64,000 bases of DNA from an uncultured Bacteroidales bacterium (GCA_963828395.1 CAWHED010000010.1:2355-66354), one strand, 5' to 3'. Shown: positions 46,267 to 56,150, counted from the stretch's first letter. Program-made: numbers and translations. The notes: a model not told the origin generated them from the letters alone.

Positions 46267-47244
46267 TTATAACAGCTCCCTGAAATATGTCTCCTCAGCA
46301 GCGAGATCAATGAATGGCGCTTTCGCCCTCAGCTCGTTGATCCTGTCGAGCATGGCAGCGGCAAAGGGAGCCGTTTCCCGCTTATCTCCCGTGATGCGGT
46401 GAGACTTAGCCCTGGTGATCCTTGCAGCCTCATTCCACAGGCGAAGGGCAGGACTGTCAATAAAGACCGAAGAAAATTTTTCCCATATATAATCGATGGC
46501 CGTCTCTGACGGATGAACCATATCGGCAGCATAATACCTGTAATCGCGAAGATCATCCATGAATAGCTCGTAGGCCGGGAAGTACCCCCCCACAGATGGA
46601 TGGCTCAGCAGCTCCTCAGCTGCCAGAAGAAGATGCGCCTTGCTTATCTGGTTTGCATGTGCACCGTCACCCAGGTGGCGGACAGGACTGACGGTGAACC
46701 AGACCCTCAGCGCGGGGTTGAGTTCCTCAAGACGGTCAAGCGTCTCCCTCCACCGGGCAGCGATCTCATGCGAGGCAGCCAGCCTGCGCCCGAAAAGCGA
46801 CGAGGGCAGCTTATGACAGTTGGCCACTATGGCTCCGCTCTCCCTGAGGCTGTAAACGTAGGATGTGCCGAAAGTCACAAAGAGGAATGAGGCTCTTCGG
46901 ATGAATTCAGACGCTACCCGGCTGACATTGTTGAGCCTTTCAATAAGAACATCCCGCTCATACGATGAAAAGGCAGTATGATGATCAAGGCTCATGTAAC
47001 GGTTCCGGTAGAGGTACACATCCATTTCAGTGTACTGGTGTGATGCTGCAAACCTGTCAAGGGCTCCTGCCACCGAAAAAGGATTGAAGAGCGTGCCGTG
47101 CGGGTTGGTCATCACATCGAGCTTCCCTGATGCCAGCCTGTACCCGATCTCGTTGGCAAAGCACGAACCCAGGAACATGACCGGCGTACTGAAGGTGATC
47201 TTGCCGGGTGAGACAGGAAGGGGTACCTCGGTTCGCAGTTCCAT
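46267..47244 (-). CDS. GSCFA-family protein
   Basis: Contains the eponymous 'FLGSCFANEIG' motif near the N-terminus; 325 aa. Confidence 0.85.
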   Translation of the reverse strand: MELRTEVPLPVSPGKITFSTPVMFLGSCFANEIGYRLASGKLDVMTNPHGTLFNPFSVAGALDRFAASHQYTEMDVYLYRNRYMSLDHHTAFSSYERDVLIERLNNVSRVASEFIRRASFLFVTFGTSYVYSLRESGAIVANCHKLPSSLFGRRLAASHEIAARWRETLDRLEELNPALRVWFTVSPVRHLGDGAHANQISKAHLLLAAEELLSHPSVGGYFPAYELFMDDLRDYRYYAADMVHPSETAIDYIWEKFSSVFIDSPALRLWNEAARITRAKSHRITGDKRETAPFAAAMLDRINELRAKAPFIDLAAEETYFRELL

Positions 47245-47252
47245 TTCACATA

Positions 47253-48065
47253 TTATAATAATGTGTCAATCCACTCGATGATGAACTCAAAGTGCTCCTC
47301 CCTGAGCAGATCATTATGGAGCTCATGATACCCTCCGTCCCATAGCTTCAGCGTCGCTCCGGGCGCTGCAGCAGCAACCTCCATCGTAGCTGCCGCCGAA
47401 GTGATCATGTCGTTCCTTCCGTGTACTAACAGCACCGGCAGGGTGATCTCAGAAGCACGACTAAGTACTTCTTTTGCGGCACTGGTTATCGATCTGAATA
47501 TTCCTCCTGAGATCATGCCATGAACGAGTGGATCGTTCCTGTAAGCCTCGATCACCAGGGGGTCACGTGACAGATCCTCTGTCTTTAATCCTGAAGACTG
47601 GGTCATCCCGGGCATGATCCTGCCCGCCACAGAGGCCAGCAATTGCTTGACCTTCGGAGGTTCAAATGCCAGCCTGATCCATGGTGAGGTTGCAATGGCG
47701 CCTGCCAGGGAAGGTTTCCTACGGATAAGATAGTCAAGTACGATGCCACCGCCCATACTGTGACCGTAAATTAACTGCGGGATACCTGGCAGCTCTGCAG
47801 CAATATCTTTAAGAATTATATCAATCGTTTCAAATAAAACATCAAATGGCGGCATCACCCCGCGCCTGCCATCGGACTGGCCGTGACCCGGAAGGTCAAA
47901 AGCCCTCAGCGAGACCCCCTTTTCATTGAACTTAGCCGCCCAATCCCTGTATCTGCCTGAATGCTCTCCAAAACCGTGAACAAGAAGTATGACCGCTTTC
48001 GGCGTACCGGCAGTATCAAATTTATACGTTGCTGTTTTTCCGCAAGGATATTCTTTTATCTCCAT
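47253..48065 (-). CDS. alpha/beta hydrolase (lysophospholipase/monoglyceride-lipase-like)
   Basis: 'LLVHGFGEHSGRY', nucleophile elbow 'GHSMGG', 270 aa. Confidence 0.85.
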   Translation of the reverse strand: MEIKEYPCGKTATYKFDTAGTPKAVILLVHGFGEHSGRYRDWAAKFNEKGVSLRAFDLPGHGQSDGRRGVMPPFDVLFETIDIILKDIAAELPGIPQLIYGHSMGGGIVLDYLIRRKPSLAGAIATSPWIRLAFEPPKVKQLLASVAGRIMPGMTQSSGLKTEDLSRDPLVIEAYRNDPLVHGMISGGIFRSITSAAKEVLSRASEITLPVLLVHGRNDMITSAAATMEVAAAAPGATLKLWDGGYHELHNDLLREEHFEFIIEWIDTLL

Positions 48066-48353
48066 AAGATCTTTTTTGTAAAGATAAATAAAAGATGCAT
48101 GAAGTCTCTATTCCGTTATTTCATGGCATCCAGCGACAAAACAGGCCCGGACAACGGAGTCACTTGGTAGTAAAAAAATACTTGCGTATCCTAATTTATA
48201 CAAGCGTCGACTAATAATCTCAATTTCAATTATATCCTGTTTAGAATCCCTGCTCAGAACTCATTCAAAACATATAATTAAGGATATTCGGATTTGTTTA
48301 TCTTAATTTGTTCGTTTAACTTTGTATCAACAAACAAGTAAAAATGCTGAGAA

Positions 48354-48860
48354 ATGACTGCAAATGAATTCACATCAAGCATAATAGGTCTGAAGGGAAA
48401 TCTTCAGAAGTACGCTCTCAGTCTTACATTCGACCGTGACAACGCACTTGACCTCGTTCAGGATACATTCCTGAAAGCTATACAGAACCAGGATAAGTTT
48501 GTGGATGCCACGAACCTCAAGGCCTGGATCTTCACAATAATGAAAAACACTTTCATTAATAATTACCGCAGGAAGATGAGGGAGAATACAATGATGGACG
48601 GCACGCAGGAGCTTTATTATATCAATCTTCCTTCTGACAAGGGAAGCATTTCACCCGACTCATCTTATTCAGAGAATGAGATCGAGAAAGCCATTGAGGC
48701 CCTGCATGACGATTACCGTCAACCGTTCCGCATGCATCTTAACGGATATAAATATGAAGAGATCTCAGAGAGGCTCAATCTCAAGCTTGGAACGGTAAAG
48801 AGCCGCATCTTTTTCGCACGTCAGAAGCTGATGAGCATTCTCAGGGATTATAATGGTTAG
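48354..48860 (+). CDS. ECF-type RNA polymerase sigma-70 family factor
   Basis: Region 2 'DLVQDTFLKA...AWIFTIMKNTFINNYRR' and region 4 'YEEISERLNLKLGTVKSRIFFARQKL'. Confidence 0.9.
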   Translation: MTANEFTSSIIGLKGNLQKYALSLTFDRDNALDLVQDTFLKAIQNQDKFVDATNLKAWIFTIMKNTFINNYRRKMRENTMMDGTQELYYINLPSDKGSISPDSSYSENEIEKAIEALHDDYRQPFRMHLNGYKYEEISERLNLKLGTVKSRIFFARQKLMSILRDYNG

Positions 48861-48996
48861 GTTTGAGTTTTAGGTTTATAATAAGGGAGGATCTCCGTGA
48901 GGTTCTCCCTGTTTTTATATATTAATACTGGCAGGCTTTTTGCCGATTTTCCGGGGTAATCTTCTTTTTGAATACCTTTATAAAAAAATAACAGAA

Positions 48997-50607
48997 ATGA
49001 AAAAAATCTTATTTGCAGCACTTTTGGCCCTGACATTTTCGGCATTCACGGCTGAAGGCCAGGAGAAGTATATCGCATCTGCCGTCAGCCAGGTCACTGT
49101 CTTCCGGCAGGGCGCACAGTTATACGGTGAACTGCCTTTTTCGGTACAGCCTGGCACCGTCGATATAGTTGCAGGAGGCCTTTCTCCGTACATTGACCCC
49201 AACAGCATACAGGTAAAAGGTGAGGGTGATTTCATGATCATGGGTGTAAACCACAGGAATAACTACCTCGAGAATCCAGCAGAGACAGAGGCAATTACCG
49301 TACTGAGAGAAAAGATTGAGGCACTTACTGTGAAGATTGAGAACGAACAGACTGCCGTTGATGTGCTTCTTGAGAAAGAGCTTTTTCTTAAATCGAATTA
49401 TGACGTTGTTACCAACAAATCTACCATTACTCCCGACCAGCTTAAAGTGTTAATGGATCTTTACTCGTCAAATATTGAATCTGTTAAAATGGCTGTCCTC
49501 AAAAAAAGCAGGGTAATAAAGGAATACGATGAAGAGAAGAAGAAGCTTGAGAGCCAGCTGGCAGCCACGGTCGACAAGTCGAAACTGCCTACAGGCGAGA
49601 TAGTCGTGACCGTCACCGCCACCAAAGCCGTTAGCGGCAAGCTTAAACTTTCGTATGTGGTGATGAATGCGGGCTGGTACCCGGCTTATGATATCCGTGT
49701 CGATGACATCTCATCTCCGGCATCAATAATTTACCGGGCAAATATCTGGCAGAACAGCGGTATCGACTGGAAGGATGTGAAAGTGAGCCTGTCGAATGCC
49801 TCTCCTATGACTGCCGGTGCATTGCCAACCCTGAATCCCTGGTTCGTTGACTTCTATCAGCCTTATATCTACGAACTTAATGAAGTCGTTGTCGCCAGAG
49901 GTGTAAAATCCAAACCCGCAGCCCGTGATGCCAAAGCTGAAGATGCCATGATTATGGAGCAAGAGAGTGCTCCCCTCCCCGTCACTGTCAGTGAATCAAC
50001 CATCAGCTTCAGCTTCGACGTAAATGTACCACAGACCATCCTGTCAGACGGCAAGCCGGAAGTGGTTGAACTGCAGCGACTGACAGTTCCTGCAACATAC
50101 AGCTATGCAGCCACACCCAAGCTTGCTACGTCAGCCTATCTCATAGGATACATAACAGAATGGGACAAGTATAATCTTCTTCCGGGCGAATCAAATATAT
50201 ATTTCAGCAACACCTTTACCGGTAAAGGCTATATCAACACTGCAGAACTGACTGATACCCTTCCCGTATCACTCGGGGCTGACAACAATATTACAATCAA
50301 GCGTGAGAAAAGAAAGGATTTCGCATCACAGAAGCTGATTGGCGCCAACAGGGTTGAGACAATGTCCTTCCTTATTTCGGTACGGAACAACAAGAGTCAG
50401 GTCGCTGCCGTTAAGCTCCGTGATCAGATACCCTTGTCGCAGAACAGTGACATTATCGTTGAGGCTGTTGAACTTACCGGCGGAACCCTCAACCGGGTCA
50501 CCGGAGAGATCGTCTGGGACCTTAAGGTCGAGCCCCGCCAGACAAAGGAGATTATTCTCACGTACAGCGTGAAGCACCCCAAAGACAAGAAGGTGATACT
50601 TGAATAA
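48997..50607 (+). CDS. DUF4139/DUF4140 (MuiA-like) secreted protein
   Basis: Signal peptide 'MKKILFAALLALTFSAFTAEG', a central coiled coil and a long beta-rich C-terminal part, typical of the mucoidy-inhibitor-A-like family. The likely ATG is at 48997. Confidence 0.75.
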   Translation: MKKILFAALLALTFSAFTAEGQEKYIASAVSQVTVFRQGAQLYGELPFSVQPGTVDIVAGGLSPYIDPNSIQVKGEGDFMIMGVNHRNNYLENPAETEAITVLREKIEALTVKIENEQTAVDVLLEKELFLKSNYDVVTNKSTITPDQLKVLMDLYSSNIESVKMAVLKKSRVIKEYDEEKKKLESQLAATVDKSKLPTGEIVVTVTATKAVSGKLKLSYVVMNAGWYPAYDIRVDDISSPASIIYRANIWQNSGIDWKDVKVSLSNASPMTAGALPTLNPWFVDFYQPYIYELNEVVVARGVKSKPAARDAKAEDAMIMEQESAPLPVTVSESTISFSFDVNVPQTILSDGKPEVVELQRLTVPATYSYAATPKLATSAYLIGYITEWDKYNLLPGESNIYFSNTFTGKGYINTAELTDTLPVSLGADNNITIKREKRKDFASQKLIGANRVETMSFLISVRNNKSQVAAVKLRDQIPLSQNSDIIVEAVELTGGTLNRVTGEIVWDLKVEPRQTKEIILTYSVKHPKDKKVILE

Positions 50608-50631
50608 CAGTCACTTACTCAGTACAAACAT

Positions 50632-50670
50632 GCGAGGTTATTAACTCGTGTTAATAACCTCGCTTTATTA
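50632..50670 (+). terminator. intrinsic terminator after the DUF4139 gene
   Basis: A perfect 14-bp stem, GCGAGGTTATTAAC-TCGT-GTTAATAACCTCGC, is followed by TTTATTA. Confidence 0.8.
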
Positions 50671-50761
50671 TGACTAAATACCTGATTGACAATACCTATC
50701 TATTGTTAATAAATCTGTGAATTTCCTGTTCTTTCTATTATGGCATTATTAGCACAGAATA

Positions 50762-50793
50762 TTTGGAATGGGATGGACCTCTTCCTATATTTG
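50762..50793 (+). promoter_or_regulatory. candidate Bacteroidota sigma-A promoter (-33 TTTG / -7 TAnnTTTG)
   Basis: TTTG at 50762-50765, a 20-nt spacer, then TATATTTG at 50786-50793. No protein gene follows on this strand. Confidence 0.4.
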
Positions 50794-50796
50794 TCA

Positions 50797-51397
50797 GACC
50801 ATGTGAGCGATAAAGGGTCGCTCTGAGGTTAGAAGGTTCTTTCAAATGGTTTAATTATCACTCTGAAATTACATCAGACTTCAGGGTCTCACGCTGAAAG
50901 ATCACGGTCTTTGAGCGTCCGTCACGGGTGCAGGCTGAGAGGCCTTCCCATCCTGGCGGTCTGACGGGGGCAATCTTCAAACGGTGTAACAATCGTGCGA
51001 TGAGAGCAACACAAACGCAGGCTGAAAGCTAATAAAGCAGCGCAAGTGCCCGCTTAGAGAAAGGAACATCATGCCATCCAAACCGGCGAGGATCGGATGG
51101 AGATGGTCCGGGCAGGACAGCAGCTATCCCTTCGGGGAGTGTCCGGTCTCAGGGGTTCATGGCTCCGTGTTCCAGTATGCGCTTCGTAAAAACCGCAAGG
51201 TGATGAAAAAGTACAGAAATAACACCGGAACAAAGTCCGCACTCAGCCTCACGGCCGGGACCGACAGACTTCGGAAAGGCAGGAGCAAGAGAGATGAACC
51301 GGCTGTAATAACAGTAACATGGCGCAAGTGACGGTCATGGCCGTTACTCGTCGGAATGGGAACATATACGTAAGTATGGTTCCCATTCGTGTTTTAT
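50797..51397 (+). ncRNA. candidate large (~600 nt) structured RNA, family unassigned
   Basis: ORF-poor and GC-rich relative to other spacers. It is bracketed by the promoter above and a plus-oriented terminator hairpin (51354-51388 plus GTGTTTTATA). It contains multiple GC helices with UUCG/GNRA-type loops. See the findings. Confidence 0.4.
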
Positions 51398-51419
51398 ACC
51401 CCTGCCATAAAAAAAGGGC

Positions 51420-52202
51420 TTAACGCCCCCTTGTGACTCCTCTTTCAGAAGTCCTGAAAAAATTAATTATGAGATCTCTTTCATCAGTCGGCGGAAAGGT
51501 CTCTTCAAGATACTTAAGAGACTGAGTCCGATTCTTCCCCGTATTGTAAATAACTCTGTATATCTCATGTATCTCGGTTATCTTCTCCTTGCTGAAACCC
51601 CTGCGCTCAAGCCCCACCGAATTGATTCCCATGAAAGAAAGCGGGCTCCTGCCTGCCCTGACGTATGGCGGGATATCCATGACTGCAATTGACCCCCCTG
51701 CCATCATCGAATGTGCCCCTATTCGCACAAACTGATGGGCCCCGCTGCCTCCTCCGATAATAGCCCAGTCATCAACCCTCACTTCACCTCCAAGCATTGT
51801 CTGAACAACCATGATCACATTGTTGCCTATGATACAGTCGTGTGCTACATGTGCATAAGCCATGAACAGGCAATTGTTCCCGATGACCGTCTTCCCTTTC
51901 GCAGCTGTACCCCTGTTAAGTGTTGCAAATTCTCTTACAGTGGTGTTATCACCAATTTCAATTGTGGTCTTTTCTCCGCGGAACTTAAGGTCCTGCGGTA
52001 TTGATGAGACCGAGGCCCCGTTAAAAATACGACAGTTGCTTCCTATACGTGCACCGTCATATATAACGGCGTTGGATCCTATCCAGGTGTTGTCGCCGAT
52101 AATGACATCACCGGCAATGGAAGCGAAAGGCTCAACAGTTACATTTGCACCCAGCTGTGCCTTCGGATCAACATTTGCCAAAGAGGAAATCAAATTCATC
52201 AC
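51420..52202 (-). CDS. lpxA: acyl-ACP--UDP-N-acetylglucosamine O-acyltransferase
   Basis: 260 aa; left-handed beta-helix hexapeptide repeats and 'RGFSKEKITEI' in the C-terminal helical domain. It follows lpxC/fabZ with a 4-nt overlap. Confidence 0.95.
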   Translation of the reverse strand: MMNLISSLANVDPKAQLGANVTVEPFASIAGDVIIGDNTWIGSNAVIYDGARIGSNCRIFNGASVSSIPQDLKFRGEKTTIEIGDNTTVREFATLNRGTAAKGKTVIGNNCLFMAYAHVAHDCIIGNNVIMVVQTMLGGEVRVDDWAIIGGGSGAHQFVRIGAHSMMAGGSIAVMDIPPYVRAGRSPLSFMGINSVGLERRGFSKEKITEIHEIYRVIYNTGKNRTQSLKYLEETFPPTDERDLIINFFRTSERGVTRGR

Positions 52203-53593
52203 TTATTTTTTATAACCTGTGCAGTCAGTTCACCTTCAGCGACAATTTTTTCGCCCACAAAAGCCTGGGCGTACATGGTAACCATGTTTCTGCGTATAGG
52301 TTCATTCATGTCACACCTGAGTACAAGAATATCTCCCGGCACAACCTTATTCCTGAACTTGAGCCTGTCAATTTTTACAAAATAGGTCGAATATTTCTCC
52401 GGTTCCTCCACATTGTTCAGAACAAGTATGCCGCCGGCCTGCGCCATTGCTTCAACAACCAGAACCCCCGGGAAGATATGTTCATCAGGGAAATGGCCCT
52501 GGAAAAAGGCTTCGTTGTAGGTAACATTCTTGATACCGATAACATGATTTAATGTCAGTTCCAGGATGCGGTCAACCAGCAGGAAGGGAAAACGGTGAGG
52601 GAGAAGTCTTTTCACCTGCTCAATGTCCATCACTGCCGGCTTCGTAGTATCAAGCAGTGGTATCTCCTTCTTTGTCGTCTGCCTCTTAATCTCCTGGCGG
52701 ATCAGCCTGGCAAGCCTGGTGTTTGAATAATGGCCCGGGCGTGTGGCAACAACCTTGCCTTTAATGGGCTGACCTACCAGCGCCAGGTCACCGATCAGGT
52801 CAAGCAGCTTATGCCTGGCAGGCTCATTGGGGTGCCTGAGTTTCGTGTTGTTGAGAACACCTTCATGATGTTCAGTGAAGGCTGGTTTTTTAAAAAGCCT
52901 GGCTATGCGGTCTATCTCACCCTGTTCCACTTCCTTTTCCAGTAGCACGACAGCATTGTCAAGGTCTCCGCCCTTGATCATCCCTTTCAAAAATAATGGC
53001 TCCAGCTCATGAAAGAAAACAAAGGTGCGGTTTGAGCTGATCTCCTTCTCAAAATCGCTGATGTTATCAAGGATGGCGTACTGGTTTCCGAGGATCTTGG
53101 AATTATAGTCGATCAGCACATGAGCGCTGAAATGATCATCAGGATAAACAATCAGGTCAACACCGTGCTCTTCATCGGAAAAGGTGATTTTCTCCCTTAT
53201 AACGTAATAGTTACGGTCTTCCTTCAGCTCTTTGATTCCCGCTTCTTTTATGGCTTCAACAAACATGTGTGAGCTGCCATTCATGATAGGCGCCTCCTGA
53301 GCATTTATCTCAAAAAAAGCATTGTCAACCCGCATCCCTGAAAAAGCTGCCAGAACATGCTCTATTGTCGACACTGAAGCCACACCCTGCACCAGGGTGG
53401 TGCCTCGTGATGTCTCTGTCACATTGTCAGCTATGGCATCTATAATTGGTCTACCGGGCAGATCAGTACGGCAAAACTTATAGCCGCTGTTTGCAGGTGC
53501 CGGTTTGAAAGTTATTGTGACATCAACTCCTGTATGCAACCCCTTGCCCCGGAGACTGATCTCGTTAGACAGGGTTGTCTGCTTTTCACTCAT
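52199..53593 (-). CDS. lpxC/fabZ: bifunctional UDP-3-O-acyl-GlcNAc deacetylase / 3-hydroxyacyl-ACP dehydratase
   Basis: 464 aa. The N-terminal LpxC part has 'GKGLHTG...TIEHVLAA...HKLLDLIGDL'. The C-terminal FabZ hot-dog part has 'LPHRFPFLLVD...FFQGHFP...PGVL'. Confidence 0.95.
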   Translation of the reverse strand: MSEKQTTLSNEISLRGKGLHTGVDVTITFKPAPANSGYKFCRTDLPGRPIIDAIADNVTETSRGTTLVQGVASVSTIEHVLAAFSGMRVDNAFFEINAQEAPIMNGSSHMFVEAIKEAGIKELKEDRNYYVIREKITFSDEEHGVDLIVYPDDHFSAHVLIDYNSKILGNQYAILDNISDFEKEISSNRTFVFFHELEPLFLKGMIKGGDLDNAVVLLEKEVEQGEIDRIARLFKKPAFTEHHEGVLNNTKLRHPNEPARHKLLDLIGDLALVGQPIKGKVVATRPGHYSNTRLARLIRQEIKRQTTKKEIPLLDTTKPAVMDIEQVKRLLPHRFPFLLVDRILELTLNHVIGIKNVTYNEAFFQGHFPDEHIFPGVLVVEAMAQAGGILVLNNVEEPEKYSTYFVKIDRLKFRNKVVPGDILVLRCDMNEPIRRNMVTMYAQAFVGEKIVAEGELTAQVIKNK

Positions 53594-53706
53594 CGATAAC
53601 TTTTTAGAAAACGGTACAAATAAAATGAAAATTTTCCGAATGCTCCAAATGAAAAGAATATACCTGTATGAGATTCAAACGATTTACTTTGGAACGCCTT
53701 GGAAAA

Positions 53707-54744
53707 CTACTTGTTTTTCAGGGAATCAACTGTTTTTATCAGGTCGTCCAGTTTGTTATTCATTTCAGGAAGCCTGATGAAGCAGATAAAGCTTCGCATA
53801 TACTTCTTGCTGTCAATAGCCGGTGAGCCCAGGAGAGTGACGTTCTCCTCCTTAATGTTTCCGGCTATCCCGGATTGAGCAGCAATCTTGCATCCGTCAG
53901 CAATACTTAAATGGCCCGCTAACCCTACCTGCCCTCCCATCATGCAGTTCTTTCCCACTTTTGTTGAACCTGCAATGCCCGACTGCGCTGCCATGACTGT
54001 GTTTTCACCTACCACCACATTATGCCCGATCTGTACCAGGTTATCAAGCTTGGCGCCCCTCTGTACCACAGTAGATCCCATGGTAGCCCTGTCAATGCAG
54101 GTGTTTGCTCCTATCTCCACATCGTCTTCCAGTATGACGTTTCCGATCTGCTGGATTTTCATATAATCCTTTCCGCCAGCCGGCGCAAAACCGAAACCGT
54201 CAGCGCCTATCACCGCGCCGGCATGCACTATACAGTTATTGCCTATTATACACTCTTTATAAATTTTCACGCCGGCGTACAGTGTGCAGTTGCTGCCTAT
54301 TTTCACATTGTCTCCGATGAAGACATGCGGATAAAGGCTGCAGCCGTCACCTATTGCAACATTCTCTGATATCACGGCATAAGCTCCGATATAAATATCG
54401 CTTCCCACCCTTGCATTCTCCTCGATTACTGCCGTAGGGTGTATCCCCTTTTTCACCGGCTTTGCCTGCTCGTACATTGCAAGCAGGCGTGCCAGGGCCT
54501 GATAAGGATCGTCCACCCTGACCATTGTCGCTTTTACGCTGCCGGCAGGTTTGAAATCCAATCCTACAAGCACAATTGATGAATCAGTCGTATAAATATA
54601 GTGTTCGTACTTTGGATTAGCCAGGAATGAAATGGCACCTTTGTGTCCTTCTTCAATCTTGGCGAAAGTATTAACCGTTATTTCCGGATCCCCTTCTACT
54701 GTTCCGTTCAGCGCCAGGGCTATCATTTTGGCCGTGAATTCCAT
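53707..54744 (-). CDS. lpxD: UDP-3-O-(3-hydroxymyristoyl)glucosamine N-acyltransferase
   Basis: 345 aa; N-terminal 'ISFLANPKY' followed by long hexapeptide repeats. Confidence 0.95.
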   Translation of the reverse strand: MEFTAKMIALALNGTVEGDPEITVNTFAKIEEGHKGAISFLANPKYEHYIYTTDSSIVLVGLDFKPAGSVKATMVRVDDPYQALARLLAMYEQAKPVKKGIHPTAVIEENARVGSDIYIGAYAVISENVAIGDGCSLYPHVFIGDNVKIGSNCTLYAGVKIYKECIIGNNCIVHAGAVIGADGFGFAPAGGKDYMKIQQIGNVILEDDVEIGANTCIDRATMGSTVVQRGAKLDNLVQIGHNVVVGENTVMAAQSGIAGSTKVGKNCMMGGQVGLAGHLSIADGCKIAAQSGIAGNIKEENVTLLGSPAIDSKKYMRSFICFIRLPEMNNKLDDLIKTVDSLKNK

Positions 54745-54755
54745 TTAAGTATATT

Positions 54756-55991
54756 TTATTTCGATAATATTTCTTTCGGGTAACAGAGGAAGTACTTCGT
54801 CACTTTCTCTGAAAGCGCATCTTTGTCAAAAAGATCGGATACGGCAGTAATATCTTTTATCGTACCATTCTTAAGGCGGATGCGTACCTCCGGTGTACCG
54901 GGTGCATAGGTCTGGTTATAAACGTCTCCGGTGTTGACGTAAAACCTTACCTCGTCATCCCGGAGACGCAGGATATCTTTTGCCTTTTTTGCCAGTTCAG
55001 TCACCACTTTTTCGTCAAATGGACTGTTTTGCAGTTCAATACCCAGAAGGTCCCTGGTTATAAAGCGCCGGCATAAGTCGGCAAGCACTTTGTCGTCTGA
55101 GGTCATCCACACCTTCGTCGAGGCCATTATATCACTCTCATCAAGCTCCAGAAACCGGCTGGTCATTTCGGTTGTATTCTCACCGCTGCCGGGACGGTGA
55201 CGCTGTTGAAGGAAATAGGCCAGGGCGGGTGTGGCAAAGAGTGTGGTTCCCCCGGCTGTCACTTCACGCGCCCTTATCAGGAGGTCTGTAAGCAGGTTCT
55301 CAGCAGACACGACAGTACGGTGGTTATATACCTGCCAGTACATCATCCGCCTGGCTATCAGAAACTTTTCAACAGAGTAAATGCCTTTCTCATCCACCAC
55401 CAGGCGATCATCAGCCACATTAAGCATCCTGATAATCCTGTCAGACCCTACCGACCCTTCAATGACCCCGGTAAAGAAACTGTCGCGCCTGAGATAATCC
55501 ATACGGTCCATATCCATCTGTCCCGTCACAAGATCATGAAAAAATTTCTTCGGATAGGTGCCGTTGAAGACAGCAATGGCGTCTGTAAGCCTGCCATCAA
55601 ACTGACTGTTAAGCTCCTCCATGATCAAAAGTGACATCATCTCGTGAGGCATATCCTCTATCAGAGAGTGTTCAAGCGCATGTGAGAACGGTCCGTGCCC
55701 TATGTCATGCAAAAGTATGGCTGCCAGCACTGCCTCCTCCTCTTCCTGTGTAATATCAATATTCTTTGTCCGAAGAGTGTGTACCGCCTGTGTGGTCAGA
55801 TACATGGCTCCCAGGCTGTGCTGAAAGCGGCTGTGTACCGCACCCGGATATACATAACTGGAAAGCCCCAGCTGCCTTATGTTTCTCAGCCGCTGAAACC
55901 ACGGGTGGCTCACAAGGTCAAAAATGAGATCACTGGGCATAGAGATAAATCCATATACCGGATCGTTGATGATCTTGTTCTTGTTAGTCAA
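54756..55991 (-). CDS. HD-domain phosphohydrolase (dNTPase-like)
   Basis: 'RFQHSLGAMYL' and 'LLHDIGHGPFSH'; 411 aa. The position upstream of lpxD is conserved in Bacteroidota. Confidence 0.85.
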   Translation of the reverse strand: MTNKNKIINDPVYGFISMPSDLIFDLVSHPWFQRLRNIRQLGLSSYVYPGAVHSRFQHSLGAMYLTTQAVHTLRTKNIDITQEEEEAVLAAILLHDIGHGPFSHALEHSLIEDMPHEMMSLLIMEELNSQFDGRLTDAIAVFNGTYPKKFFHDLVTGQMDMDRMDYLRRDSFFTGVIEGSVGSDRIIRMLNVADDRLVVDEKGIYSVEKFLIARRMMYWQVYNHRTVVSAENLLTDLLIRAREVTAGGTTLFATPALAYFLQQRHRPGSGENTTEMTSRFLELDESDIMASTKVWMTSDDKVLADLCRRFITRDLLGIELQNSPFDEKVVTELAKKAKDILRLRDDEVRFYVNTGDVYNQTYAPGTPEVRIRLKNGTIKDITAVSDLFDKDALSEKVTKYFLCYPKEILSK

Positions 55992-56091
55992 ATGCCGCTG
56001 ATTTAATTTTTAAAATAATTACCTGTCCTCAAAATTACTTCAGAAAACCTTTACATACAAAGCAATTGTTGAATATTCGCACCCTGCTGCA

Positions 56092-56121
56092 TTTGTTATT
56101 TAAAAAATGATGTTATCTTTG
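56092..56121 (+). promoter_or_regulatory. candidate promoter of the rimP-nusA-infB operon
   Basis: TTTG at 56092-56095, an 18-nt spacer, then TATCTTTG at 56114-56121. Confidence 0.35.
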
Positions 56122-56150
56122 CACCGGAATAGAAGGGGGTACGACTGGCC

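Noticed and set aside
51071-51331. 86-aa ORF inside the candidate RNA region
   Set aside because: It is extremely basic and rich in Gly/Ser/Arg, with no hydrophobic core and no recognisable family. It lies in the most GC-rich, hairpin-dense part of the region. It is more likely a chance ORF in structured RNA, but only homologue substitution patterns can settle this.
50765-51362. 9-nt direct repeat GGAATGGGA at both ends of the candidate RNA region, as a possible target-site duplication of a mobile insertion
   Set aside because: No terminal inverted repeats lie adjacent to the two copies. The second copy is simply the 5' arm of the terminator hairpin. A 9-mer coincidence is plausible.
50797-51397. 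Identification of the candidate RNA as RNase P RNA, tmRNA, SRP RNA or a group II intron
   Set aside because: Some short strings look similar: GGAACAAAGTCCGC, ACAGAAATAACACCGG, GATGAACCGGCT, GGGGTTCAT and GGTCCGGGCAGGACAGCAGC. They occur in the wrong order for RNase P. The invariant GAGGAAAGUCC and GGUAAGGGUGAAA blocks are absent. There is no tRNA-like 3' end or ALAA-type tag frame, and no domain-V-like hairpin. I cannot run covariance models, so this rejection is provisional.
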